Positions 1 through 9,000 of a stretch of 64,000 nucleotides of DNA are shown one piece after another. The position numbers and the translations under genes are program-made. Source of the DNA: a virus (taxonomy: Duplodnaviria; Caudoviricetes); the IMG/VR virus record IMGVR_UViG_3300028805_000056, positions 84,552-148,551 of that record, one strand, 5' to 3'. Numbering within the stretch: position 1 is the stretch's first letter; every line of letters starts with the position of its first letter. The notes under the pieces were generated by a model. That model searched no databases. It saw only the letters and a program-made list of their open reading frames with translations, and had not been told where the DNA came from.

Positions 1-1
1 T

Positions 2-298
2 GATAAACTTGGCGAAACATGGATAAAGCAGAATTCATATCTAATGAAAGATGGACCATGGACAGCAGAAGATGCAAGAAAGGCCAATCAGATGGAATGG
101 AATTTCAAGGCCAATAATTGGAAATATCAATGGGGTGGGGATAACGGGACAACCCATTATTATAATATGAATATTGATATGGATAATAAGTGGGAAATAT
201 CTGGCGGAAATACATACGAATACCTCATATTTGATTTGATTCATATATTGAAGATATTTGATTGGGAAAATAACATATTAATGTGTATCGGGGGATAA
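2..298 (+). CDS. hypothetical protein, 5' partial
   Basis: Frame open from position 2 to TAA at 298; ORF track gives 44..298. Confidence 0.6.
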   Translation, partial: DKLGETWIKQNSYLMKDGPWTAEDARKANQMEWNFKANNWKYQWGGDNGTTHYYNMNIDMDNKWEISGGNTYEYLIFDLIHILKIFDWENNILMCIGG

Positions 299-302
299 TG
301 TT

Positions 303-677
303 ATGACACAAGAAGAAAAAGAACTATTACTGAGGTACCTCTGTATGGCATTGCCTTATAGAATGGCTATAAAAGATGATTATGGAGATACAATTTTCCT
401 AGATTACAACGATGTTCACATTCAAAATTATTTTGAGGCAATTGTGGATGGTGTTGTCAAACCATATCTCCGTCCAATGTCAAGTATGACTGATGAAGAA
501 GCAACGGAATATGCAAATTGTGGTAGTATTATAGCAATCTCTCATCAAAATGATTATTTAATTCCTAATCCTAAATCTATTCAATACCTTCTTGAAAATC
601 ATTTTGATTTTATGGGTTTAATTCCAAAAGGCGTTGCTATTGAAGTAACTGAAAGTAATAATCCTTATAAAGAATAA
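303..677 (+). CDS. paralog family A protein
   Basis: MTQEEKELLL.YLCMALPY / KPYLRPMSSMT / NHFDFMGLIPK..AIEVTE.NNPYKE anchors shared with five copies at 36-51 kb. Confidence 0.9.
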   Translation: MTQEEKELLLRYLCMALPYRMAIKDDYGDTIFLDYNDVHIQNYFEAIVDGVVKPYLRPMSSMTDEEATEYANCGSIIAISHQNDYLIPNPKSIQYLLENHFDFMGLIPKGVAIEVTESNNPYKE

Positions 678-681
678 AATT

Positions 682-1104
682 ATGACACAAGAAGAATTAG
701 ACAAGAAGGCATTGGAGTTGTATCCGATTAAGACATATCCGATACAGTGTAAGGATTTCAATCGGGTGGAAACCGTTGATTTGAATGAGGTGGCGAGAAA
801 GGCGTACATGTCAGGATATGAAGACTGTATGATGGAATTGTTGGAAACCACAAAGAAAACAGGGAAGGATTATTTTGAAAGTGGTAGGAATATTGGAAAG
901 ATGGAGATTTTAAAGAACCTACCGAAATGGAGAACCGCATCAGATGACATCTTTTGTGACACGTTGGACTATATCGTCAAATACAAACATGATGGTGGGG
1001 ACCATGATGATTGGGAATCACCGATTGTTACCAATAGGGTTTTGAAAGGTGAGGAATATCTTGAGATATGCGACCTCGTTAATTTAGGAAAGGAGGGAAT
1101 ATAA
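682..1104 (+). CDS. hypothetical protein
   Basis: 140-aa ORF, starts MTQEE, tightly packed. Confidence 0.75.
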   Translation: MTQEELDKKALELYPIKTYPIQCKDFNRVETVDLNEVARKAYMSGYEDCMMELLETTKKTGKDYFESGRNIGKMEILKNLPKWRTASDDIFCDTLDYIVKYKHDGGDHDDWESPIVTNRVLKGEEYLEICDLVNLGKEGI

Positions 1105-1302
1105 ATGTCAGTACTTGATAATATGGATAAAAAGAGGGTTTTATTTGAAGAGGATTTTGAAACGTGGGATGAATATAGGGAATACGTGGAGAAAGAATTA
1201 AAGGACGATGTTCTCGATTTTATGTCTATATATAGGATTGGAATAGGTTCATCATTTTTCGCCACTATTTTGCGAAAGGTCGCAGATTACGTGGATGATT
1301 GA
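1105..1302 (+). CDS. hypothetical protein
   Basis: 65-aa ORF abutting upstream stop. Confidence 0.6.
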   Translation: MSVLDNMDKKRVLFEEDFETWDEYREYVEKELKDDVLDFMSIYRIGIGSSFFATILRKVADYVDD

Positions 1303-1370
1303 ATTTTTTTAGGTGTTGGAAGGTATTTATAGAGGACGCCAAAATAATAAAAGATAAAAACATTAAAACT

Positions 1371-1505
1371 ATGAAAACTTTTCTTTTAATTATTCTAATT
1401 GGGGTGTTTCTCTTTAGAATCTACACGTGCAAACATTCAAGAGATTGTGCTAAGAAAATGTGCAATTTCTTTAAGGAAAAAATGAAAAAGATGACGGAAG
1501 AATAA
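1371..1505 (+). CDS. small membrane protein
   Basis: MKTFLLIILIGVFLFRIY hydrophobic N-terminus; TATTTAT motif at 1324; followed by terminator. Confidence 0.5.
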   Translation: MKTFLLIILIGVFLFRIYTCKHSRDCAKKMCNFFKEKMKKMTEE

Positions 1506-1519
1506 GAGAGAAAGTTTAG

Positions 1520-1545
1520 TGCCACACATTGTGTGGCATTTTTTT
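1520..1545 (+). terminator. intrinsic terminator
   Basis: TGCCACAC/GTGTGGCA stem followed by T-run. Confidence 0.8.
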
Positions 1546-1570
1546 ATTAACATTTTTTAACATCAAAAAT

Positions 1571-1601
1571 TTTGTGGTTTCAAAAAATTGTTGTACCTTT
1601 G
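1571..1601 (+). promoter_or_regulatory. Bacteroidota sigma-A type promoter (class I)
   Basis: TTTG(1571)-N19-TACCTTTG(1594); near-identical to the 31998 copy. Confidence 0.85.
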
Positions 1602-1633
1602 CAGCGCAAATAAGAAATAAAAACTTTAAAATT

Positions 1634-1867
1634 ATGACCAACGAAGAATTAGACAAGTGGTTTGACAACCTGAGTTATGAAGACAAATGTGTGGCTATTT
1701 TCTGTTTAGCAGATGACACGTATTCAGTAAAAAAACTGAAGAAAATGTATAGTACACCTGAGGACATGTTAGAAGACACGTATGGAAGACGTACATTTGA
1801 GCCAAATCATTGGTATGACAGCGATTTAGAAGATAAACAATATGTTTATGATTTCTTTAAGAAGTAA
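1634..1867 (+). CDS. hypothetical protein
   Basis: ATG (MTNEEL) downstream of class I promoter. Confidence 0.7.
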   Translation: MTNEELDKWFDNLSYEDKCVAIFCLADDTYSVKKLKKMYSTPEDMLEDTYGRRTFEPNHWYDSDLEDKQYVYDFFKK

Positions 1868-1870
1868 AAA

Positions 1871-1904
1871 AATAAACCCGAGTAGAAAATCACTCGGGTT
1901 TATT
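1871..1904. terminator. bidirectional terminator
   Basis: AATAAACCCGAGT/ACTCGGGTTTATT inverted repeat between convergent genes. Confidence 0.85.
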
Positions 1905-1913
1905 AAATATTCT

Positions 1914-3029
1914 TTATTGTCTGTTATGTATCCTATCTGACATTTTATAAACTGTAGGTTCTATAACACCAAGTGTAAATGCAATAATGTTGGTTACACC
2001 CAGTTGTTTTAACTTTAGACAGAAATCATCTAACGTAGCACCGCTTGATATGTTGTCGTCAAAAACTACAACCGATTTACCTGACAGTTTATGTTGCATT
2101 TCAAGATATTGTGGATTTATATCAAACAGTCCTTCAATTGCCCTACGGTTTTTATCATCCAAAGATTTGATTTGCCAACTCTTAACATTACCATTTGCAT
2201 CAACTGTAGAATCTCTGCCGCGTTTTCCCTTTCTTAGGATTCCTATTTGATCTTGGTAATTTTTAAGTAAGTCTTGTTTCTTTGTAAATTCTAAAGATGG
2301 TCTACCCCGTTTTCTTGTTGCAATAATTTGGTTTATTTCATTTTCTAGACTTGCAATTTTTCTTCTTAAATCTCTAATATCCTCATCACTGTGCCATTTT
2401 TCGACTTGTCTCTGTAATGTATGGATTTCTGAATCGGTCATTCCAATTTCCTTTGCTACATCCGTATTCACATATATTCCTCTAACATTCTTTACTAACA
2501 TATCAGGTTTTAATTGTATACCAGATGACGATGGAAAATATTTCATTATTGCGTTTAGCATCAATTTATTAAATCCCGAAGATGATTGTGGGCAAGTGAA
2601 ATAATCAACAGGAGAATTACCAATGAGAGCCTTTATATATAATGCGCTTCTATCAATGAAGTAATTTATTGACTCTGAGTATTTATCTTCACCCTGATTC
2701 CATACTACATCGTTGCCTTCAAGGTCTTTATGATGTTTTAGTGCTTTATTTACCTTCATTGTTTTACCTAAGTCATACAGATTATAGGACATTACGTTAC
2801 TTTTTGGTAATAGTTTTTCAGTTACTTTAAATGTTTTGTCGGCATTAAAAATTTCTGTGTTGGCTAATCTGTCAGTGTTTGGCTTGAAACTGAAAACACC
2901 ATTTCTCATACCAAACCCTTCGTTTTCCGGATTTTCCAACATACCGGATTCAGAAATCACATTCCTTCCATTAACAATTCTTTCGTATAGTTCCTTATAT
3001 TGTTTCTCACTGATAATAATACGCCTCAT
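1914..3029 (-). CDS. type I phosphoribosyltransferase-domain protein with N-terminal propeptide-like motif
   Basis: PRPP-binding loop VVVFDDNISSGAT; N-terminus MRRIIISEKQYKELYERI; KRGRP motif. Confidence 0.8.
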   Translation of the reverse strand: MRRIIISEKQYKELYERIVNGRNVISESGMLENPENEGFGMRNGVFSFKPNTDRLANTEIFNADKTFKVTEKLLPKSNVMSYNLYDLGKTMKVNKALKHHKDLEGNDVVWNQGEDKYSESINYFIDRSALYIKALIGNSPVDYFTCPQSSSGFNKLMLNAIMKYFPSSSGIQLKPDMLVKNVRGIYVNTDVAKEIGMTDSEIHTLQRQVEKWHSDEDIRDLRRKIASLENEINQIIATRKRGRPSLEFTKKQDLLKNYQDQIGILRKGKRGRDSTVDANGNVKSWQIKSLDDKNRRAIEGLFDINPQYLEMQHKLSGKSVVVFDDNISSGATLDDFCLKLKQLGVTNIIAFTLGVIEPTVYKMSDRIHNRQ

Positions 3030-3047
3030 ATGTTAAAATCTTACTTT

Positions 3048-3055
3048 TATAAATA
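3048..3055 (-). promoter_or_regulatory. putative late promoter (class III, TATTTATA)
   Basis: TATTTATA on minus strand 18 nt before PRTase ATG; motif recurs before other putative late genes. Confidence 0.55.
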
Positions 3056-3078
3056 CTTTACTATATTGGAAAATATTG

Positions 3079-3086
3079 TATATTTG
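3079..3086 (+). promoter_or_regulatory. class II promoter element TATATTTG
   Basis: One of 11 TATATTTG copies at gene boundaries (3079, 4533, 12200, 15969, 18656, 22870, 25984, 29398, 46033, 57855, 59608). Confidence 0.65.
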
Positions 3087-3094
3087 TTATGTAA

Positions 3095-4225
3095 ATGAAG
3101 ACAGAGAAACTTACAAACGATGAGTTTATATCCAAGGCCAAGGAAATACACGGTGACAAGTACGATTATTCTAATACATTGTATAAGGACAATCGCAGCT
3201 ATATCCGTATCATTTGTCCTGAGCATGGGGAATTTAAGTTGAAGCCGAAGGACCACCTTAATGGTGTCGGTTGTCCTGAATGTGCAAAGGAACCGACAAC
3301 AGAGGACTTTATTGAAAGGGCAAGGAAGATACACGGCGACAAATATGACTACTCCAAGGTTGATTATAAGAAACCATTCATAAATGTGATAATAACCTGC
3401 CCGATACATGGGGACTTCAAACAAAGACCTGCTGTCCACCTAAGCGGTAGGGGATGTGCGGAATGTTTTAATGACTCAAAAAATAGATTGGCATATTGTC
3501 CGAATGAATTCTATAATAAGGATAATGTAAGCGTCGGCGAATTTAAGACCATTGAGGAGATGATGAATTTCCCGATAAAAGATGTGTGGGATATAAATAG
3601 GACAAAATCTAACAAGTTCAATCTGTATAGATCAAATGGTATGAGATTCTTCATCCTGTGTAATTGGTGTAAAAAAATGCGGGATCCGGAAAAATACATA
3701 TTGATAATGAAATACAAAAGCGGAAAGATCAAATGTCTTGATACCAATAATAATGAAATAGAAAAAAATACAATGGATAGAAGAAATTTTTTAAGAAAAT
3801 TTGGCATTGGATTAGGTGCATTAACACTTCCAAATAATGCAAAATCACAAGAAACTAAGAAACTGACATATAGTTTTGATGAGATATTTTACCGTCCTTA
3901 TGAAGGTAATCAAAATTTAATATATGTTAAGGACAATAGCATCCTTGCTGATAAGATATATGCAACTGGTAGAGTAGATAAAAATTACAAATCGGAATAT
4001 AGTGTCGGAATGTATTTCCCTGTTCGTGACATTTTTCTTGAATTAAAAGATGAATATTATGAACAAGATTTTGCCGGTATTATATTTTATTTAAAAAACA
4101 AGGATCCTCATATTTTTAGATTCATACCATTTGATAATTGGAAGAGTGGGAGAAGTCCTATGAGATTTATATTAAATAAAGAAGGTTATATGCAATCAGA
4201 ATTTTTATCAAAAAGTTATTTTTAA
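3095..4225 (+). CDS. DUF723-like zinc-ribbon repeat protein fused to a Tat-signal-bearing domain
   Basis: Two EFI..A..IHGDKYDYS...CP.HG.F..P..HL.G.GC.EC repeats; internal MDRRNFLRKFGIGLGAL at 3773. Confidence 0.75.
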   Translation: MKTEKLTNDEFISKAKEIHGDKYDYSNTLYKDNRSYIRIICPEHGEFKLKPKDHLNGVGCPECAKEPTTEDFIERARKIHGDKYDYSKVDYKKPFINVIITCPIHGDFKQRPAVHLSGRGCAECFNDSKNRLAYCPNEFYNKDNVSVGEFKTIEEMMNFPIKDVWDINRTKSNKFNLYRSNGMRFFILCNWCKKMRDPEKYILIMKYKSGKIKCLDTNNNEIEKNTMDRRNFLRKFGIGLGALTLPNNAKSQETKKLTYSFDEIFYRPYEGNQNLIYVKDNSILADKIYATGRVDKNYKSEYSVGMYFPVRDIFLELKDEYYEQDFAGIIFYLKNKDPHIFRFIPFDNWKSGRSPMRFILNKEGYMQSEFLSKSYF

Positions 4226-4230
4226 GAAAT

Positions 4231-4521
4231 ATGGAAAATGCAAGTAAATGTCGTGAATTAACAAACAATCGTAGCCTGTTCTATACGATTATGTACGAAA
4301 AGGACCACCCAGTTATTATGGGGAGAATAGAGTCTGCAATTATGACCGCAGTTGAAAACGGTCAATACATCGTCTCAATAGAGATGCATAACCTGTCGTC
4401 TTATGACATTAAAATGATCACAAGAGTGCTGGAATATTACGAATTCTCAGCAGATTGGCACCCAATACAGAATGATGACGAATCCTGTCAAACCATATCT
4501 TTGGTAATTCATTGGGCATAA
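4231..4521 (+). CDS. hypothetical protein
   Basis: 96-aa ORF in operon. Confidence 0.7.
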   Translation: MENASKCRELTNNRSLFYTIMYEKDHPVIMGRIESAIMTAVENGQYIVSIEMHNLSSYDIKMITRVLEYYEFSADWHPIQNDDESCQTISLVIHWA

Positions 4522-4544
4522 AATATTTTTTGTATATTTGAAAT

Positions 4545-5219
4545 ATGAGAGTAGTAGTTCTATCTGATTTACACGGAAACCTTATCAAGGTTAAGGAACC
4601 GTTTGATCTTATGATAATTTGCGGAGATGTGTGCCCCGTAACTGATCACAGAAACCAATTCCAACGGGAATGGATTAATAACGAATTTTCAGAATGGATA
4701 AAGGAACTTCCATACATTGACGACGAAAGTAAGGTCGTAATGATTCCCGGTAATCACGATTTCGTGTTCGAGAGTATATCAAAAAAGAGATTAAACGAGT
4801 TCCTGTCAAAGACAGACGGAAGACTTGTATATCTTGACAATGAGGAATATTGGTTCAAGGGACTGCACATCTTCGGATGCCCGTACTGTAAACCATTACC
4901 CGGTTGGGCATTCTGTAGGGATAATCTTGACAAGTACTATTCATATATCCCAAATAACCTTGACATACTGATTACACACGATGCCGCAGATTTTGACAAA
5001 CTCGGAACAACAACAGAAGGACATAATGCGGGTAGGAACTTCGGAAACAAACTTCTTGGTGAATATATCCTGAAAACAAAACCCCGCTACTACTTCTGCG
5101 GACATATCCACACAGGTACACACGGTTTACATAAATATGAGGGAATAAGGGTGGCTAATACCTCAATACTTAACGAAGACTATCAAGTAACCTATGAACC
5201 ACTGCTTGTCATAATATAA
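4545..5219 (+). CDS. calcineurin-like metallophosphoesterase
   Basis: SDLHG, GD, GNHD, TH, GHIH motifs. Confidence 0.9.
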   Translation: MRVVVLSDLHGNLIKVKEPFDLMIICGDVCPVTDHRNQFQREWINNEFSEWIKELPYIDDESKVVMIPGNHDFVFESISKKRLNEFLSKTDGRLVYLDNEEYWFKGLHIFGCPYCKPLPGWAFCRDNLDKYYSYIPNNLDILITHDAADFDKLGTTTEGHNAGRNFGNKLLGEYILKTKPRYYFCGHIHTGTHGLHKYEGIRVANTSILNEDYQVTYEPLLVII

Positions 5220-5250
5220 AATAATAAGATAAAAAAAAAAATATAAAATT

Positions 5251-5613
5251 ATGGGAGATAAAGTTTTAACTTTTGATTATTCAGATATACAGCCATATAC
5301 GTTTAATAGTAGTGCTGCTATATCTTCAGATTCAAGCAGTTGTCTTACTTACAAAGCGGATTATTTAACCACAAAAGTAAACACAAGTACGGATTGGAAC
5401 ACAAGTATCACAACAGATGAATTTTGGCCAAATTACACTTTCCAAAACTATTTTACATATAATAAATCCGATGTTGAAAAAGAAATTACCGACGAAATTA
5501 ATAGGTTACTTTGTGAGGGATTGGAACACAAATACTTTATTAAGACCACTCCAAAAGACCGATTGAAGATTAAGAAAGTGAAAATAAATAAATGTTACCT
5601 AATAAATTTTTAA
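5251..5613 (+). CDS. hypothetical protein
   Basis: 120-aa ORF. Confidence 0.65.
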   Translation: MGDKVLTFDYSDIQPYTFNSSAAISSDSSSCLTYKADYLTTKVNTSTDWNTSITTDEFWPNYTFQNYFTYNKSDVEKEITDEINRLLCEGLEHKYFIKTTPKDRLKIKKVKINKCYLINF

Positions 5614-5619
5614 ATCACT

Positions 5620-5952
5620 ATGAAGAGAATCGATTACATTATTCGAAACAAGAAGGGTGTCCTTAAGGACGACTATCAGTTCAGAGAAAAGAAGGTTAGA
5701 AGAACCCTCGAAGATGCTATTGACTACGCCGAAGAACAAGCGTTTGATTCAAAGCGAAAGGCCGTTGACATTATCAACTCCGTGAAAGATGTTGCAGATG
5801 ACAAGGAGAAGATTACAACAAAACTCAACGAGTATATCACGGAAAAGGAAAATGCCGAAGGATACTTGCGTACAAAGAAGTACCTTGAAGAGGTTAAGAC
5901 ACTGTTAGAAGAGGAAGTTGACTTCGAGGAAGATGAGGATGAAAAGAAGTAA
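5620..5952 (+). CDS. hypothetical coiled-coil protein
   Basis: 110-aa charged helical ORF followed by terminator. Confidence 0.75.
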   Translation: MKRIDYIIRNKKGVLKDDYQFREKKVRRTLEDAIDYAEEQAFDSKRKAVDIINSVKDVADDKEKITTKLNEYITEKENAEGYLRTKKYLEEVKTLLEEEVDFEEDEDEKK

Positions 5953-5985
5953 TTTCTGTTTCATAGATTTTTAATTTTTTTTTAG

Positions 5986-6012
5986 AAAAGCAGGTATTTC
6001 ACCTGCTTTTTT
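5986..6012 (+). terminator. intrinsic terminator
   Basis: AAAAGCAGGT/ACCTGCTTTT stem plus T-run. Confidence 0.8.
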
Positions 6013-6073
6013 GTTTTTAATAATGTAAAGTTTCCTATATTTATTATAGAATATAATTCTATAGGGAAAAGTT

Positions 6074-9000
6074 ATGCCAAACGTTTTTATTAAAGTAGAC
6101 GGTGAATATACACAATCCGCCAATTTTTATAGAAAAATAAATGGAGAATGGTCGAGTATCACACAGGAAGAACTTATCTCTTATGTTGGTACAACAGTTT
6201 TCAATTATGGTGGAAATGTTAACAATACAAGGTTTGAAATTGCAGGACCAAGCAATGTTACGGCTGAAACCTGTTCCTGTGTTGCCATTCTTAATGGACA
6301 AACAGTCTCCAACGGCGTTTCATGGAGTATAACAAGTGGCGTACAATACGCAACAATTGATACCGGTGGTACTGTTACAATACTATCAACGGCAGATGAA
6401 TCAGAAATTGTGGTAACAGCCCAATATAACAGATATACTGCAAGCCTTACAATGAATATAACATTCCTGTCAGGCTCTACATCAGAAACAACAGTCGAAA
6501 CTGTAACTGACTCAAGTGGTAATACTACTACAACAACCACAACCACAACTGAAAACGAGGATGGCTCATCAACAGAAACCACCACAACAGTCATTACTGA
6601 TGAAAGCGGCAATACCATCGGAAGTACGGAAGTTAGTACTGAAACCAATGCTGATGGTTCTTACACTGGTACAACCACGAACTATGACTCTGAAGGTAAT
6701 GCAGTCGATGGTACTAATGTTGTCGGTGATTCAAGCGGTAACGTAAGTACACAAGATGTTGAATATGATGAAAGCGGTAATACTGTGGTAACATCATACA
6801 CAATTGATACAAGCGGTAATCCTAATGGTGAGAAAAACTTCAATGGTGACGGTATTAACACTGAGTACTATGCATTTGATATGACACACGGATTCGTTGT
6901 CGAACTTAACTTTACCATTGACTTTTCAAATCAACCGGCAGGACAGAATGAAAACCACCACCAGATACTTTCTGCAAAGAGAGCAACACCAACGCCTTGG
7001 TATGGTTTCCAAATAAGACAGTCAGGTACTAACAAGTACATACAACTCGGTACACAGTTTGCAACTGGTAGTAATACCAATACAACAATCAGTGCACAAA
7101 CAATTACGAACAATGTTGCTGAATACAATATTACTATAACATATAATCCAACAGCAAGTACAAATACATTTGTATGTTATGACAATATTAAAGACAGTGT
7201 TGTTTACAGAAGCAATAATGTCTTCCCTGACATCGATGACTTGAAATACCTTAAGGTGACTCTCGGTCATGGTATGGACGAAAATGGTGACCCATACAGA
7301 TATTCAAACATTGATGTTAAAAACTTTGTAATTAAAAGACTTAATAACGTGGCGGATCCTGCTATCACTTGCGATGGTATGGAAGTTACTATTACTTGTG
7401 CTACACAAGGTGCAGATATCTACTACAGATTAGGCAATGCGGGTCTGTATTCTACCTATACCGCTCCTATTTCGATAAGTGCGGATACTGTTGTATATTC
7501 ATATGCTGAATTAAACGGTGACAAGAGTAATACTATATCTCAACTCTGCGTATATGACAATGGTATTGAGAATCCCGTCATCACTTGCGATGGTATGGAA
7601 GTTACAATTACCTGTGTAACACAAGGCACAACTATATACTACAAAAGAGAACAAGAGGCTTCCTATTCTACATATAATGCACCATTTTCCATAAGTGCTG
7701 ATACAGTCGTCTATGCATATGCAGAATATAGCGGGCTTACAAGTAGCGTAGTGTCAGCAACTTGCGTTTATGACAACGGCATTGAAGCACCAGTTATATA
7801 CTGCGATGGAGAAAATGTTACCATTACTTGTAACACACCAAGTGTTGACCTTTATTATAAATTGAATCAGGAAACGGGATATACCGTATATGATGATGCA
7901 ATTACAATAAGCGCGGACACTGTTGTTTATGCATATGCTGAATTGAATGGTGCAACGAGTAATGTTGTATCAGCAACTTGTGTATACAGCCCAATAGTAT
8001 TGGTAAGTCCTGTTATTACTTGCGACGGTGAATTTGTAACAATCACTTGTGAAACACAAAATTCAACAATATTATATAAAATAGGACAGGAAGGTACATA
8101 TGCCGCATATACAGTTGCATTCCCAATAAGTGCGGATACTACAGTTTACGCATACTCACAGTACAATGGACAGACAAGTACCGTTGTTTCAGAGAATTGC
8201 ATATACAATCCTGTTCACGATTACAGTAAGGATTACCTCACATTCAGAATAACGAGTGGTGGCACTATCTGTTGGAAATCAGTCGGAAGCGGTTATGCTA
8301 AAACAATAGAATACAGTCTTAATGGCGGGGAATGGACATCTATAACCGCCGCATCCACACCACCATCAATTTCAGTGGCTGAAGGCGACGTTATAATGTT
8401 TAGAGGAACTAATCAAACATATGCAGGAAATAAATCAAATTATTCGTCATTCGGTCACGATACCAGTGGTAGCACAGACGTGGGTTCAACCGCACATTTC
8501 ACTATTGAAGGTAATATAATGAGTCTTATCTATGGTGATAACTTTAGTGGACATACAACATTCAATGGAGGAACATATAATTTATGTTCAATATTCAAAC
8601 GTACAAATGTAGAATCTGCTGAAAATCTTGTATTACCTGCAACTACATTAACAAATTACTGTTATCGTGCAATGTTCAGCTGGTGTACTTCATTAATGAC
8701 ACCACCACAATTACCTGCAACTACATTGGCTCAAGGCTGTTATTGGTATATGTTTGAGCAATGTCCGATGACTACGGCACCTGACCTTCTTGCTGAGACA
8801 TTGATACGAGAGTGCTACGGATATATGTTCACAGGTTGTGGAAACCTTAATTATATCAAATGTCTTGCAACAAATGTTGCATCCCCGCCAGCTTCAGCAT
8901 TAACGGGATGGGTTAGCAATGTGGCTGCTACAGGTACATTCGTAAAGGATACAGACACAACTTGGTCAACAGGTAACAACGGTATTCCAAACGGATGGAC

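Noticed and set aside
6480-6800. Thr-rich low-complexity stretch as a tandem DNA repeat
   Set aside because: Codons vary; it is a protein-level linker.
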